This document shows positions 38,371 to 50,397 of a stretch of 64,000 nt of DNA, piece by piece (position 1 is the first letter of the stretch; each line of letters begins with the position of its first letter). Under the pieces are notes generated by a model. That model saw only the letters and a list, made by a program, of their open reading frames with translations. It did no database searches and was not told the origin of the DNA. Source of the stretch: Cyanophora paradoxa CCMP329 (taxonomy: Eukaryota > Plantae > Glaucophyta); assembly GCA_004431415.1 (NCBI GenBank), contig QPMI01000066.1, forward strand, positions 434,001 to 498,000. The letters are read 5' to 3'. A program made the position numbers and the translations under genes.

Positions 38371-39554
38371 AGTACCGGTACCGGTAGTACCGTACGGTAG
38401 ACGGTAGACCTTATAATTACAGTCGGTACTACTACGTATACCGTACTAGTAGTAAAACTGTGGTATTGATATCGTTCGACGGTTTCGCGTTGTACCCTCC
38501 AGTTCCGACGGGCTCCTAGTAGCATTCTACTAGCCTTCTAGCACCGTGCCACGGTGGTCGTGCACGTCGTACGTCACGGCGTGCGCACTGCGGCATGCCA
38601 CGGTCACCGCCGACTCACCGGGTGACACGCATGCCACGGTCACCGGGTCACCGGGTGACACCGGCCTCAGGGCCTGACACCGTAGTGGGCCGGTAGTGGC
38701 CCGGTACTAGCTGGCCCGGTAGTAGCCCGGTACTACTGTAGTATATGGTACCACTGGGGCCGTGTGACTGGCCCAGTGGGCCGGCAGCACTGCGGCATGA
38801 ACACGGTTCATTCCCCCAATCGCGATCGTACGCGTCGAGCCCGCCGGGGCGCGACTGTCGCAGTGTCGCTGCAGTGTCGCAGCACTCTGTCGGGGAGTAC
38901 TACCCCGGTAGTCGACCGTGACGGGGACTCGGCCCGAGTCGACTCGGCGAGCACCGGGCCGCCGGGCGGCCCGGGCCCGGGCCGGGCGGGGCCCGGCGGG
39001 CGCCGGGGCCCGGCCGCCCGGGGCCGGGGCCCCCCGCCGAGCGGCCCGAGCCCCCGCCCGGGCCGCCGCCCCCCCGGCCCGGCCCTACTACTGCCGCCCT
39101 AGGCCTGGGCGGCCCGGGCGCCTGCCCCCGCCGGCCCCCCGGTCCGATGATCGACTCCGATCGCGACTTCGAAGCTCGGCGTCGAGTCGGCGAGGGCCCG
39201 ATCGCGAGAGTGCGCATGCTGCTGGATATCGATGATCCTGCAGCTGGATCCCCACTCCGGACTGCTTCGAATTCCCCCCTGGGGCCTGGGGCCGCCCCCG
39301 GATGGCGTCGACCTGATCATGACTCGATCGCGAGCTCGAGGACAGATCGATTTCGAATTCTAGTTCTAGCCAGGCCTCGGGGGGGACCGGAGGGGAAGGG
39401 GGAAGGGTAGGGGAGATAGATGAAAACGCAATGATTGGAGACGGGCCCGGGGGGGAGGTGGACTCGAAGGGAAGGGCCCGGGGGCGGGCCCGGGGAGGGA
39501 GGGGGGTGGGGGGGGGGCGGGGGGAGGCAGGGAGGGGGTTCGGGGGTAATGCTG

Positions 39555-42294
39555 CTAGGGGAGGAATGCGCCGCGGACGGAGCGCCGCTGGTCGATGGGG
39601 ACACGGCAGGAGGGGCAGGCGGGGGGCTTCGGGGCCGCCGGCGGCGGCGGCGGGCGGGCGGCGAGCAGCGCGCCGTAGCAGCCGTCGCAGACGGTCATGT
39701 GGCGGCAGGGCAGCAGCAGGACGGAGGGCGGGCGCTCGGTGCAGACGACGCAGAGCGACTGCTGCTGCTCGGCGCGCTGGCGGGCCGCCCGCTCCTCGTC
39801 CGCCTGCCGCTGCAGCGCCGCCGTCGCCTCCGCCACGCGCGCCGCGACGAGGGCCGCCGAGAGGGCGGCCGCGCCCTCGGCGAGGCGCGCCTGCGCCGCC
39901 TCGAGCTGGGCCGCCGAGAGGCCGGCCAGGCCCGCGGGGGCGACGGGCACGCTCCCCGCCAGGCGCCCCTCCAGCTCCGCCACCCGCGCCTCCAGCCCCG
40001 CCCTCTGCGGTCCCGGCGCGGCACAAAAGTTAATGAGAAGGATCCGAACTTTTCATGATCAGGGCCGCCTCACGTTTGCGAGGGCGGCCTGCAGGGCGGC
40101 CGCGCGCGCCTCGGCGCCCTCCGCCCGCCCCAGCAGCGCCTCCTCCCGCATCATACCCTGCGAATCCGAAGGATTGGGAGCCGCTTAGGCGATCGGGGAG
40201 GGGGGCCCCGGGATCCGGAGACCAGCTGGAGAATAAACTGAAACTAGCCGGAGATTAATGCATTGTGGGGGCCTCTGGAGAGTTGATGGAGAATTTTAGG
40301 AGATTTCGTCTCCGCGCTATTATTTTAAGCTTAAGCTTAAGCTTAGGGGCGGCGCGGCCAGCTCGAGGTAATTGGCGCACGTCGGCAAGGGCGTCCGCGA
40401 GGGTCTCCGCCCGTGCCGCCTCCACGCGCGCCTTCGCTTCCGCCTCCGCCACCGCCAGCCGCTCCCGCGCCGCCGCCGCCTCCACCCGTGCCGCCTCCGC
40501 CTCCCGCCTCCCTTCTGCCGCGAGCGTCTTCTGCCGCGCCGCCTCCGCCCGCGCTGCTTCCGCCTCCCGCTTTGTCTCCGCAGCGAGCTTCTTTTGCCGC
40601 GCTGCTTCCGCCCGCGCTGCTTCTGTTTCCTGCTTCTCCTTTGCGGCGAGCTTCTTTTGCTGCGCCGCCTCCGCCCGCGCCGCTCGCCCCTCCGCCCGCG
40701 CCTCCTTGACGCGCTCCTCTGCTTCCGCCTTCGCCGCCGCCAGCCGCTCCCGCGCTGCCGCCGCCTCGGCCTGCGCCTCCGCGAGCTGCCGTCTTAGCGC
40801 CTCCTCCGCCGCCGCGGCCTCCCGCTGCCATTCCCGGTTCATTTTTACCACCTCCGCCCGAGCCTCCTCGTAGCGCTTGGCCAACTTTATAGCCGTCGCC
40901 ACCTGCCCCAGCGCTTGCTCAAGGGCACGCTCCAGATTTGTTTCCGCACGATGCACCGGCTGCTGCTCCGCCTCCTGCCCGGTCTCAACGTCAGCCCGAA
41001 GGAGCTAGCGCTCAAGGCATAGTGGACCAAATATTAAGTGGCGCCGGCGTGCAGACCTCCGGCTTCAGCCGCTTTGCCTCCTTGGGGTCCGCCGAGCCCC
41101 CGCCCTCCCCCTGCTCGTTCTCCTTCTCCGCCGCGGAGTGCCCCGCTGACCCCTCCTTCGCAGCTGTCGCCGCCTGCTCCCGCAACCGCGCCGCCTCCGC
41201 CTCGGCGAGAGCCAAGGCACGCTCCAGATCTGCCTCCTCAAGACGCGCTTGCTCCAGGACACGCCCCAGATTTGTTTCCGCGCAATGCACAGGCTGCTGC
41301 TCCGCCTCCTGCCCGGTCTCGGCGTCAGCCCGCAGGAGACAGCGCTGAAGCTAAGTAGATTGAGCCGGCGCCGGCGTGCTGACCTGCGGTTCCAGCCGCT
41401 TCGCCTCCTGCCGCTTCGCCTCCTCGAAGTGCGCCGAGCCCCCGCCCTCCCCCTCCTTGTTCTGCGCTACGGAGCGCCCTACTGAACCATCCGCGTCGTC
41501 CTTGCTTCCCGCAACGGCGCCCTCGCCGCCGGCCCCGGGGAGCGGGGGGGGGGCGGCGGGCCCGGGGCTGGCTCCGGCGTCGGCGCCAGGGAGCGGCGGG
41601 GCGGCGGGCCCGGGGCTGGCGCCGGCGTTGACACCGGGGAGCAGGGGCGGGGCGGCAGGGCCAGGGCCGGGGTTGGCGCCGGCTCCGGAAGGCGGGGGCG
41701 GGGAGGCGGGCCCGGGGCTGGCGTCGACGTTGGCGTCGTCATCGGAGAACTCGCCGGGGTCAGGGTATAAGGACTTGAACTCGTCGTCCACGTACTTCGG
41801 GGCACCTCCAGCCCCAGCCGCGCCGCCTCCTGGGGGCCCACCTGCATCGCCCCCGCCGTCATGCACTATTATCTATCGCGGCTCCAGGCGGGGTGGGAGA
41901 CGGGGGAGGGAGGGGGAGGGGGAGAGGGAGTGGGGGGGGGGGGGGGGCGGGGCCGGGGGGGGGGGGGGGTGGGGGGGGCGGAGTTCACCTTCTGGACGAT
42001 GAGCTCCTGGATCTCCGATCGCTTCCACTCAATGTGGTCCACCGAGAACCAGTCCTCTTTCTGGGGCGCCGCAGGAGATAAGAGAAGAGCGGAGCTGCGG
42101 GATGCCTATATGTATGGGATGGGGCAGGCTATTGTCGGGGGCACCATGACGACGAGGGGGCCCTTCTTGTCGCGGACGAACGGTACAAGGGGGTCCCGAA
42201 TGAAGCGCTCGATGTACTCGAGCACGAAGACTCCTCCATCTGTCGAGCTGTCTTGCTTCGGCACCTGCCCACGGCCGCGGTCTGGAAATGCCGG

Positions 42295-42326
<32 letters not shown>

Positions 42327-44611
42327 CTGCGGCTGCAAGCTTAATTATATAAGCCCCGCCCTGCACACCTCGGCTGTAATCTTGGTGAAGTAGACGGGCG
42401 CCGAGGATGGCCTGGTGGCCTCTGAGCTCTGGGCACGGGGGGGCCGGAATCGATCTTCTTTTTGCCAAGCATTTCGCAAGTATCTGAGGTCCATGGCCAT
42501 GCATATGGCCAGGGCGGGGTCAGTAAATCGAGGGACTGGATCCGGATGCGCCTAGGGAGGGCAAGGGCACCCTTCGATCATGTCCAGGGCCACCTTGTTG
42601 GAAGTTTTCATGGAGCTGAGGTACATGATGCAGGCCCGGTCCCTGCCCTCGAGCACCCGTAGAGCTTCCATCACAAACGCACGCCGCGGGTTGCACACGA
42701 TTGTCAGCGCCCAGTGTGCTCTGCGGGATTTGGACCCTCCAGCTCAGCCAGAGCGGCAGCACCAGGCGTAGAAGGGTCGGCTGCGTACTCGTCGAGCCCT
42801 TGAAGCACGTGGACAGGGATGAAGAGGTAGTCGAGGGTGAAGATGTCGACATTGCGCGTCCACCTCCGCACCGCCTCGTAGTTCCCCTCCGGGTCCCCCC
42901 CCTGGCCCCACGCATGGTTAGCCGTCCGAAGTTCGGTCCGAATGGTTTTAAAATTCACTGCAGACCAGGCTCAAACGCGTGTAAAAGAAAGAGTTGAAGA
43001 AGTGGCAGCGTAGGGGCCGCTCGCCGCGCTCTGCCCGCGTTCGGTTCACATTTGGCAGGAGCTCCACCTCAATGTACCTGCATCACCGGCAAAATTGGGC
43101 GAAAGTTCGAGTCATAATGAATCGACTGGACGAGTCGAGTCGAGGGCGCGCGGGCGCGCTTGAGGTAAAAATCGATGACGTTGTCGTTGAGCATCTCGCC
43201 TGGCCTCAACCGCTCGAAGTCCCTCTTCGTCAGCGCCTGCTGCCGCGTTTAGAATTCAGCCCGTCCCGCAAACCCGGCGGGGCGGCGCACGACGGCGCGT
43301 TTGTGCCCGGGCGGGTAGAGCAGGATCTGGATCATGCCTGGATCCGAGGGCGATTCAATGCGTCTGGAGAGCAAGGGGGCGATAGGGCGTCAGTGCAGCG
43401 GCGGCCAGGGGTGTGCAGCAGGGCGGGGCTGTGGGCAGACCTGGACTCTACGTATACGTTCGCGGGGCCCAATTTGGGTGCTGGGAGAACGTAGCGCGCA
43501 AAATCCTCGTTCCTGCGGCGCGCGCAAGCGCTTAAATGCAAGCACAGATCTAGGAATATTTATATGCGCTGCGCCACGGGGACATCGCCCTGGGACGCGC
43601 GCATTACAGCTGACCTCAGCCAGGCAGAATTGTCGTGCGCGATCTTCAAGGAAGGGTAGCAGCAGAGCGCGCTCATTTCTGATACTTGCCGTTGGTGTTC
43701 CGGAGTGAAGGGAAAGATGAGGACGATGCAGTTCTTCTCGATCTCTGCGACACGCGCCGAAAGATGAGGCAAAGAAGCGGAATTCGACTTGTACTTGGCA
43801 AAGCTCACCCTGTGAGAACGGGTCGTAGTACGGATCGAATGCGAACTGTGCATGACCTCCCGCAATCAGCGCAACAAGTGAGGGCGACACGTCCATCGCC
43901 CCCACCCACCATGAGATCCGGATCCCGGTCGGTTCGAATGACCAAGAACAGGTGCGGTTCACTCTCGTATATCTGGTGCGCGCCCCCGCCCGCGATTAAA
44001 CGACGCCTACTGCCTAAAGAGCGCTGGCAGCATTTAGCGCACCTGGAAGTAGGATATTGCCTCCGAGGGGATCTTGACCGTCTTGGAGCCGTGCTTGCGC
44101 ATGCTGCATGCATATGGGCGGGCAGTGCACGTGATTATGAGAATGGGCAGCCGCGGGAGGCCTAGAGCAGGATCGAAAGGCGGAGGGAGGGGAGGGGGCG
44201 AGGGGGAGAAAGAGGGGGGGAGGGGGTACGGGGGGAAGCGGGGGAGGGGGGGGGCGCGCAATAGGGGGAGGGGAAGGGGCGCACTTGCTCAGGACGGGGA
44301 TGTCGAGCTCAAACTCGACATCTTTCTGCACGGCGCCCACGTTGACACGCACTTCGAACGGTTGGTCTATCCACCAGGTCCCGATGCGGCCCAGCTTCGG
44401 CCGGAAGTGCATCTGCACCTAGCGCCCGCACCACAAAGTGACCACTTGCGTACATTGCAGGACCGGCGCGCACCTTGACAGCCGCAGGGCCGGTCGCGGC
44501 CGGCTCCGCGCCCGCGCCGCCCGCCCGCGCCGGCGCCGCGGGGCCCCGAAGCTCCAGGCGTCTCTGCAGTCGAGCGCGCAACTCCTTCTTGCGATCTTGC
44601 TCGCTCTTCAT
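39555..44611 (-). CDS. SENP6/7(Ulp2)-like C48 peptidase domain (catalytically substituted) + low-complexity linker + coiled coil + C-terminal C3HC4 RING
   Basis: Exons: LLYPPGTNA|ALTKRDFERLRPGEMLNDNVIDFYLK|YIEVELLP...CHFFNSFFYTRL, YEAVRRWTRNVDIFTLDYLFIPVH...HWALTIVCNP...CIMYLSSM, YLRNAW, VPKQDSSTDGGVFVLEYIERF, DWFSVDHIEWKRSEIQELIVQK|IIVHDGG. All downstream junctions are phase 0 into the Ala/Glu/Lys coiled coil and then CVVCTERPPSVLLLPCRHMTVCDGC...CPSCR. Stop at 39555-39557. Confidence 0.8.
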
Positions 44612-45680
44612 TAAAGAACCTGCCCGGTGCGCATGCGCTGATCATCTGCCGGCCGCGCGCGGCGCCCATGCATGGCGATGGCCATGCATGCGCATGCATA
44701 TGCATATCATGGGCGCTGGGCCGGGCGGCGCACCTCAATCGCGACACGCTATGAGCCGAAGCCGATGCGAGGAAGCTGCCAGCTGTTTGCTTCGTCGCGC
44801 CCCGCGGCCGCGGCCCGGCGCGTGTGCCCGCGCGCGGCGCTGGCTGCAGCGCGGCTCCCCCGCCGCGGGCCTGCGCACCGCACGAAGTCCGCGCTCACTC
44901 AAAGCTACTAGGCTACGTGATGGGAGCACGTTAACGCTCGCTCGGTGTCCACTCGCAGCGTTCGCTTGCAACCAACGTAGCGGCGCGGGCGACTACGCAG
45001 CTGCCGCCTTCCCGCGCGTTCGCTGCAGGTGTTTGCTGTCGCCTCGCGAGGATGCGGGATCGCCCTGCCCGCGGCGCGCCAGCGCCGGTCCGCCTGCTTG
45101 CCAGCGCTTGCAATGTACCGGTACCCCTAGGCCTGAGCTCGAGCTCTAGATCTCAAGAGGCCATATGCATGGCCAGGGCCTGGCGCTGGGCGCCGGCCGC
45201 GCCTCAGGGCCGCCTGGGCCCCCCATGGCCAGGCTACATATGCATGCCCCCCAGGCCCTGAGGCCCGGCTCTCATGATCAGCTGCAGAGCCTGGATCCGG
45301 AGCCGGTGCGCGCGCGCCGGGCGCCGGACGCGGACCGTCAAAGCGTGCAGCTGCGCCTGCAGCTGCAGACTTGCAATTGTATGCGAGTATAACAAGCTCT
45401 GAAACATTTCAATAGCTAGGCCGGCGCTCCGAGGCTCCAGCAAACATTCTGGGCCTACCCGACCTAGTAGGATACGATGGAGAAGCCGCGCTCTGCGGGC
45501 GCAGCACTAATACTGTCGATGCGGAGGCATCTCGACTGATATGGTACAACTAATCGTGGGAGCGAAAAGGACGGAAAAGCGGAAGAGGTAGAGGAACGAG
45601 AGCCCGTTCCAAGGCTCAGAGGTGCGAAAACTCTTAAGAGAAGAGCGGCAAAAGGCAGCCCGGGCTCGTGCATGTCCGAA

Positions 45681-48133
45681 TCAGACGAGGCGGGTAGAGT
45701 AGAGGAGGGTACCCGTCGCCCCGTACGCCTCCACGTACATGTACCCCTCCGGCGTGACGCTCAGCACCATGAAGCCCGCGCCCTGCAGGGGAAGTACGTC
45801 AAAAAGGACTCGCTTTTTTGCGCGCGTGGGGGGAGGGGGCGGGGCGAAGCGGGTTGGGGGTACGCGCGCGCCTCGTCGCCCCAGCGGAGCTCGGGCCGAG
45901 TGCCGAGGTAGGCCCCCGTGGAGGATCCCCCCCCGCTGATGAGCTGCTGGAACGCCGCCTTGGGCTGCGTGGGGTACGCTCGTGAGCGTCAGGGGGGTGC
46001 GCTCGCCTCCGCGAGCTAGGGGTACGGCTGGCGCACCACGATGTGCTGGAGGTTGTGGTCGTGGCCCGAGATGTAGAGGGGTACGCCGTACTGCTCCAGC
46101 AGCGGCTTGACGTGCTTGAGCAGGTCCTGGGGGTAAGGTAATCGGGACGGGGGGTCGGCGCCGGGAGGGGAGGGGTCGGCGCCAAGCACCGCCGAGTCGC
46201 CGTGGTGCCCCGCGCTGTAGATAGGGTGGTGCCCCACCACGATCTGTGCCCCCGCCGGCGGTCGGCGACGGCGAACGAAGCCCGGGGGGAAGAAGCTCGA
46301 GGGGGGTACGGCGCACCTTGATGTCGGCGGTGGATGCCTCGAGGGCCTCCTCGAGCCACGCGTACTGGTCGCCTGGGTTCTGGCTGCGGGAGCAGAAAAT
46401 CAAGAAGATTAGATTAGGGGGGGAGGGATTGGGGGGATTAGAAGATCAGGGGAGGGGGAGGAGGCTCAGGGAGAGCGCCGGCGAGGGGGTGGACGAGAAG
46501 AGTATCGAGGAGAGCAGGCTCTTGCTCGCTCTGCTCTAGAAAGCGAGCACGCAAAGATAGAGGGGGACGCGGCCCGGACGACCCAGCCACAACCTAAAGA
46601 AGCCCGAAGTCTAAGGGTCCCGAACCCACCCGTACCCCGAAGCGCACCTCATGATGTCCGACATGAACCGGTTCACGACCGGCGCCCGGTACCTAAAAAA
46701 AGGAAGGGGTCGGCGGGGGTACGGAGCGGGGAGGCGGGGGGTACGCGAAAAGGGGAGGGGTACGCACAAGGAGACGCAGGGCGTGGTATCCAGGAAGAAG
46801 ATGGAGAGGCGCTTGTCCCCGACGGGAACCGTCCGCACGTACTGGGAGGGGGGGGGGGGGAGGGGGGGGCGTGAGAGGGGGAGGAAGGGGGGGGTACGGA
46901 AGCGCACGTAGCGGGCGGGGAGGTTCCAGCGGCGCTGCTGCTCGCCGGAGGGGCCGCGCAAGCCCTCATAGTCCAGCTGGGCCTGCACGCTCCCGCCTGC
47001 GGCACGGCGGCTCTGGGGTCGGCCGCGGTTCCTTATATGGGGGGGGAGGGGAGATAGAGGGGGGTACCGAAGTAATCGTGGTTGCCGAGCGCGACGAGCC
47101 AAGTGACGTTCAGGCTCGGGTGCGAGTAGGCCTGCAATCGAGGGAGGGTTACGTGAGCGGCAGGGGTACGGAAGACACGGGCGGGGGGGGGGGGGGGGGG
47201 GGGGGCGGCGGGGAAAGAAGGGACGGGCGTGGTTTACGAAGAGCGAAACCCGCGCAATCTCATATATATGGCCCCGGGCTAGACGCCAGGCGGAGAGGGA
47301 AGCAGGGGCGCGCGCCTGCTCGAAGGAGAGCTGCCAGTGGGCGTCGGCGATGCCCGAGACGCCGTGGTTGTAGCTGCGGGGTCGGCCGGCGTCGGCCGTG
47401 GCGGGGCAGAAGGGGCGGGGCGGGGCGGGGCGGGGCGCACAAGTTGTCGCCGACCGAGATGACGTAGTCACAGCGCCGGGCGGCGCAGACGGAGCCCTGT
47501 AAACCGAGGCTCGGCGCGCAGCCGCGCTGCGCGCGCCGCGGCCCGCGGGCGATATGCGCACCATCGCCTTGGCGACGGCGGACTGCGACGCGCTGCCCTT
47601 GCGGCCCCAGTCCCCCAGGAGCGCGAAGCGGAGCACGCCGTCGCCGCTCGGGATGTCCGCGCGCTCGGGATCCGCGGGAGGCACGTAGCGGTTCGCCTGC
47701 AGCTCAAAGTACTTCACGCCCGCCAGGAGACCGCCTGCGGGGCGCCTCGCCGAGTCGGAAGGCCGCGCGCGGAGGCGAGGCGGGCGAGCTTGCAATCGCG
47801 CACCGATGCTGCAGGCCACGCAGCAGACCGCGACGAAGAACTTGACCTTCGCCCACCGCGTGCTGGTGGGATTGCCCGCCGCGGCGGCCGCGGCCGCGGG
47901 CGCCGCCGGGGTCGCGGCCAGTAGTGGCGTGGCCGCATCTGCGCCCAAGCGACTCGGCGGGTCAGATTGCGGCCGGGCGCAGCTGAGGGCGCATGTTCTT
48001 CTCGAGCTGCTGGCCTAGAGGCAGCTCTAACGTGGCCTGGCCCGAGATTGCCAGGCGAAGCGCGCGAGGGCCGCTAGGCGATCGACGATGCAGCGGAGTA
48101 CGCAGGGCAGCCGCAAGCACCTGCCGAGGCCAT
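45681..48133 (-). CDS. Purple acid phosphatase / tartrate-resistant acid phosphatase (ACP5-like metallophosphoesterase) with N-terminal membrane anchor
   Basis: All five metal-binding motifs are present: LGDWG, SVGDN.Y, LGNHDY, VGHHP and SGHDH. Probable first exon MASA (ATG 48133) splices to DAATPLL. Hydrophobic segment [12 protein letters not shown]. Stop at 45681-45683. Confidence 0.9.
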
Positions 48134-48247
48134 CCCCGCACTCGGCGGCGAGTCGGCGCAGGCCGCGGAAGCTCCGCTCCGAGACAGCGCAGCTGTCAGA
48201 GCTCTTTCAAGGGGTACAGGCACGCCAGCTTTCGATCGAAGTTCAGC

Positions 48248-49438
48248 ATGGCCGAGGCTCATGCATATGCGGCGTCCTTCAACGCGACCAACGACTCGGT
48301 ACTGTCGGCAGAAGCTGCGGTGCGCGGCGGATTACGCCCGCGCGCGGCGCGGTTGCAATTGTTCCTGGCTCACGTGCACGAGAGGTTGTTGATCCATTTA
48401 GATTGCAAGTGGCGGGACGACGGCGCCTCGACTCCTGCGGCTCCTTCTCACCCCTGCGTGCGGCGGAGGTGCGCTGCAGCTGGCTTCGGCAGGCACATCC
48501 GCATGCATCGCACGCGCTCATCCTTTAGCTTAGCTTCGATGATCTAAATCCAGCCATTCCAGCGATCCGCCCGGCCGCGCGCGCTCGGCGGCCCGCGCCG
48601 CGGGCGCGCGGGCCGCGCGCGGCCGGGCGCCGGCCGCGGGGCCGGGTCTCTATAGCTAGATCTGAGCCTGCAGCTGGGGCCCGCTCCGCGACCGCGCGCG
48701 GGGTCAACGTTGACGTTAGCGCGCGTGGGCACGCAGAATCCAGGATGCGCTCTTTCAAGGACGACATGCCGTGGGAGGAGATGCTGCGCGAGTTGGACAG
48801 CGGTGCGCAATTGCAATTCTCGATTTGCTATCGGTGCATGCCGTTGCGACGTCCGGTGATCATGATCATGAGCAGACGAAGGCTTCCACCTCCTTGCTCC
48901 AGTCGCGCTGAAGTACAAGGCACATCTGGAGGGATGTCGATCGGATGCACGTGTCGTCCGCGTCTCGTCAGAGAAGGACTTGCGGGAGATGGTGCGACAT
49001 GGCGCTTGTAGTTGCTCTTTATTACATGCTTTTGCGATTGTTAATTGGCCGCGGCCGGGGCCGGGGCAGTGCCGATACCTGGCGGACAACAATCGGCACG
49101 ATATCGAGGTGGTCGTGGTACCAGGGAGCGCTTGCGAGCGCCTGAAAAGATGGTTGCGCTCTCTGCCAGGCTGGATCATGGCAATGCTGATTCTCATATT
49201 TTATTTTGCCTTCATCATTACCGAGGGGAAGCGCAATCGCAAGTATTACCAGTGCGTACACACCAAACGCTGGCAGCCCCCGTTTCCCCTGAGCCCATCG
49301 GCCGCGGCCGACTGCTCACATTTAATCGATCACTGGTTCCTAGAAAGCCTAGGCCTAGGCTGGACCATCTCATCGCCTCACGGTTTCTTTGGTACGCTTC
49401 ACAATATTTTGCTCGGAGATCCAGATTCAGAGCTATAG
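48248..49438 (+). CDS. Hypothetical multi-exon protein
   Basis: cagcATGgcc start (MAEAHAYAASFNATNDSVLSAEAA|gtgcgc). Exon-like blocks with canonical sites: MRSFKDDMPWEEMLRELDS|, EGFHLLAPVALKYK, CRYLADNNRHDIEVVVVPGSACERLKR. No recognised domain; ends uncertain. Confidence 0.4.
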
Positions 49439-50397
49439 CTAGGAATAGCAGCTGCAGGATTGAAAGCAGAGTTCACTTTTCAATTGCTATATATAGGATT
49501 GCAAGATGTAGCTATAGGATTAGCGATTGCGATCAGTCAGCGCGGTAGCGGTTCTGCAGCATGCGCGCAGCATGCGCAGTAGCTATTAATAGGAGTTCTC
49601 CCGGCTTCCAATTTGTTATTCGAAATGCAAGCATATGCTGAGATTGAGATCACGATAATAAATTGTTCTGCAGCCTAGACTCTAGATCTGCGCGTCACGG
49701 CGTGCGACTGCTGCGAAAGGCTACATGGCGCCGTCAAGCTTTAAAGCTGCAGCCGGCCACAACCTGTCGGCCAGGCTCCGGCCCCCTGGCCCTTTCAGCC
49801 CCCCCCCCCCCCCCCCCCGCTGGGCCTCGTACCCCTACCGTACCCCTCTTTTTCATCGCTGGGCCGGGTCTTCCGTAGGCATACTGAGTATGCATTCGCA
49901 CACTGCAGCTGCAGCAAGCGCAGTGCAGACTGCAGGAAAAATTTCTAGAGCATGCGCACCAATGCCGTCGACGTCGACAGCGCGATCGACGCCTGCAGCC
50001 TATCTCTAGCTGCCCTTGACAAGTTTGTAAGTTTGTAGAGCCTCAGACGCTGGTAAGGTTGCGAGATTAAAATTGGGAAATCGGATCGAACCTCGCAATC
50101 GAATCGTCGAATTCGACAAATTAGATCCGACAATAAAAATACAAACAAGCAGCTACAAGATATCTCCGTGTACCGTAACTGCTGCGCACGTGCACGGTGG
50201 CCGCTCCGAGGCTCTACTCGGCGTCCGCGAAATCGACCTCCGTCTGATCATGGATTTTTATCAGCGCCCAGCAGAATGAAACGAAATCTAGAACCCATTG
50301 TGTTAACGTTAACGTTCTTGTTTGCTGCTAATTATGTTTTGTTCGGCGAGCATAAATTAGAGACGTCGACGATGTTAATCTTTGATTATAATTGGAT

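Noticed and set aside
48190-48280. CQSSFKGYRHASFRSKFSMAEAHAY resembles the RNase H1 hybrid-binding (Cauli_VI) motif
   Set aside because: The N-terminal half of the motif is absent, and most of it lies upstream of a good ATG in a probable bidirectional promoter. Likely chance; an HMM search would settle it.
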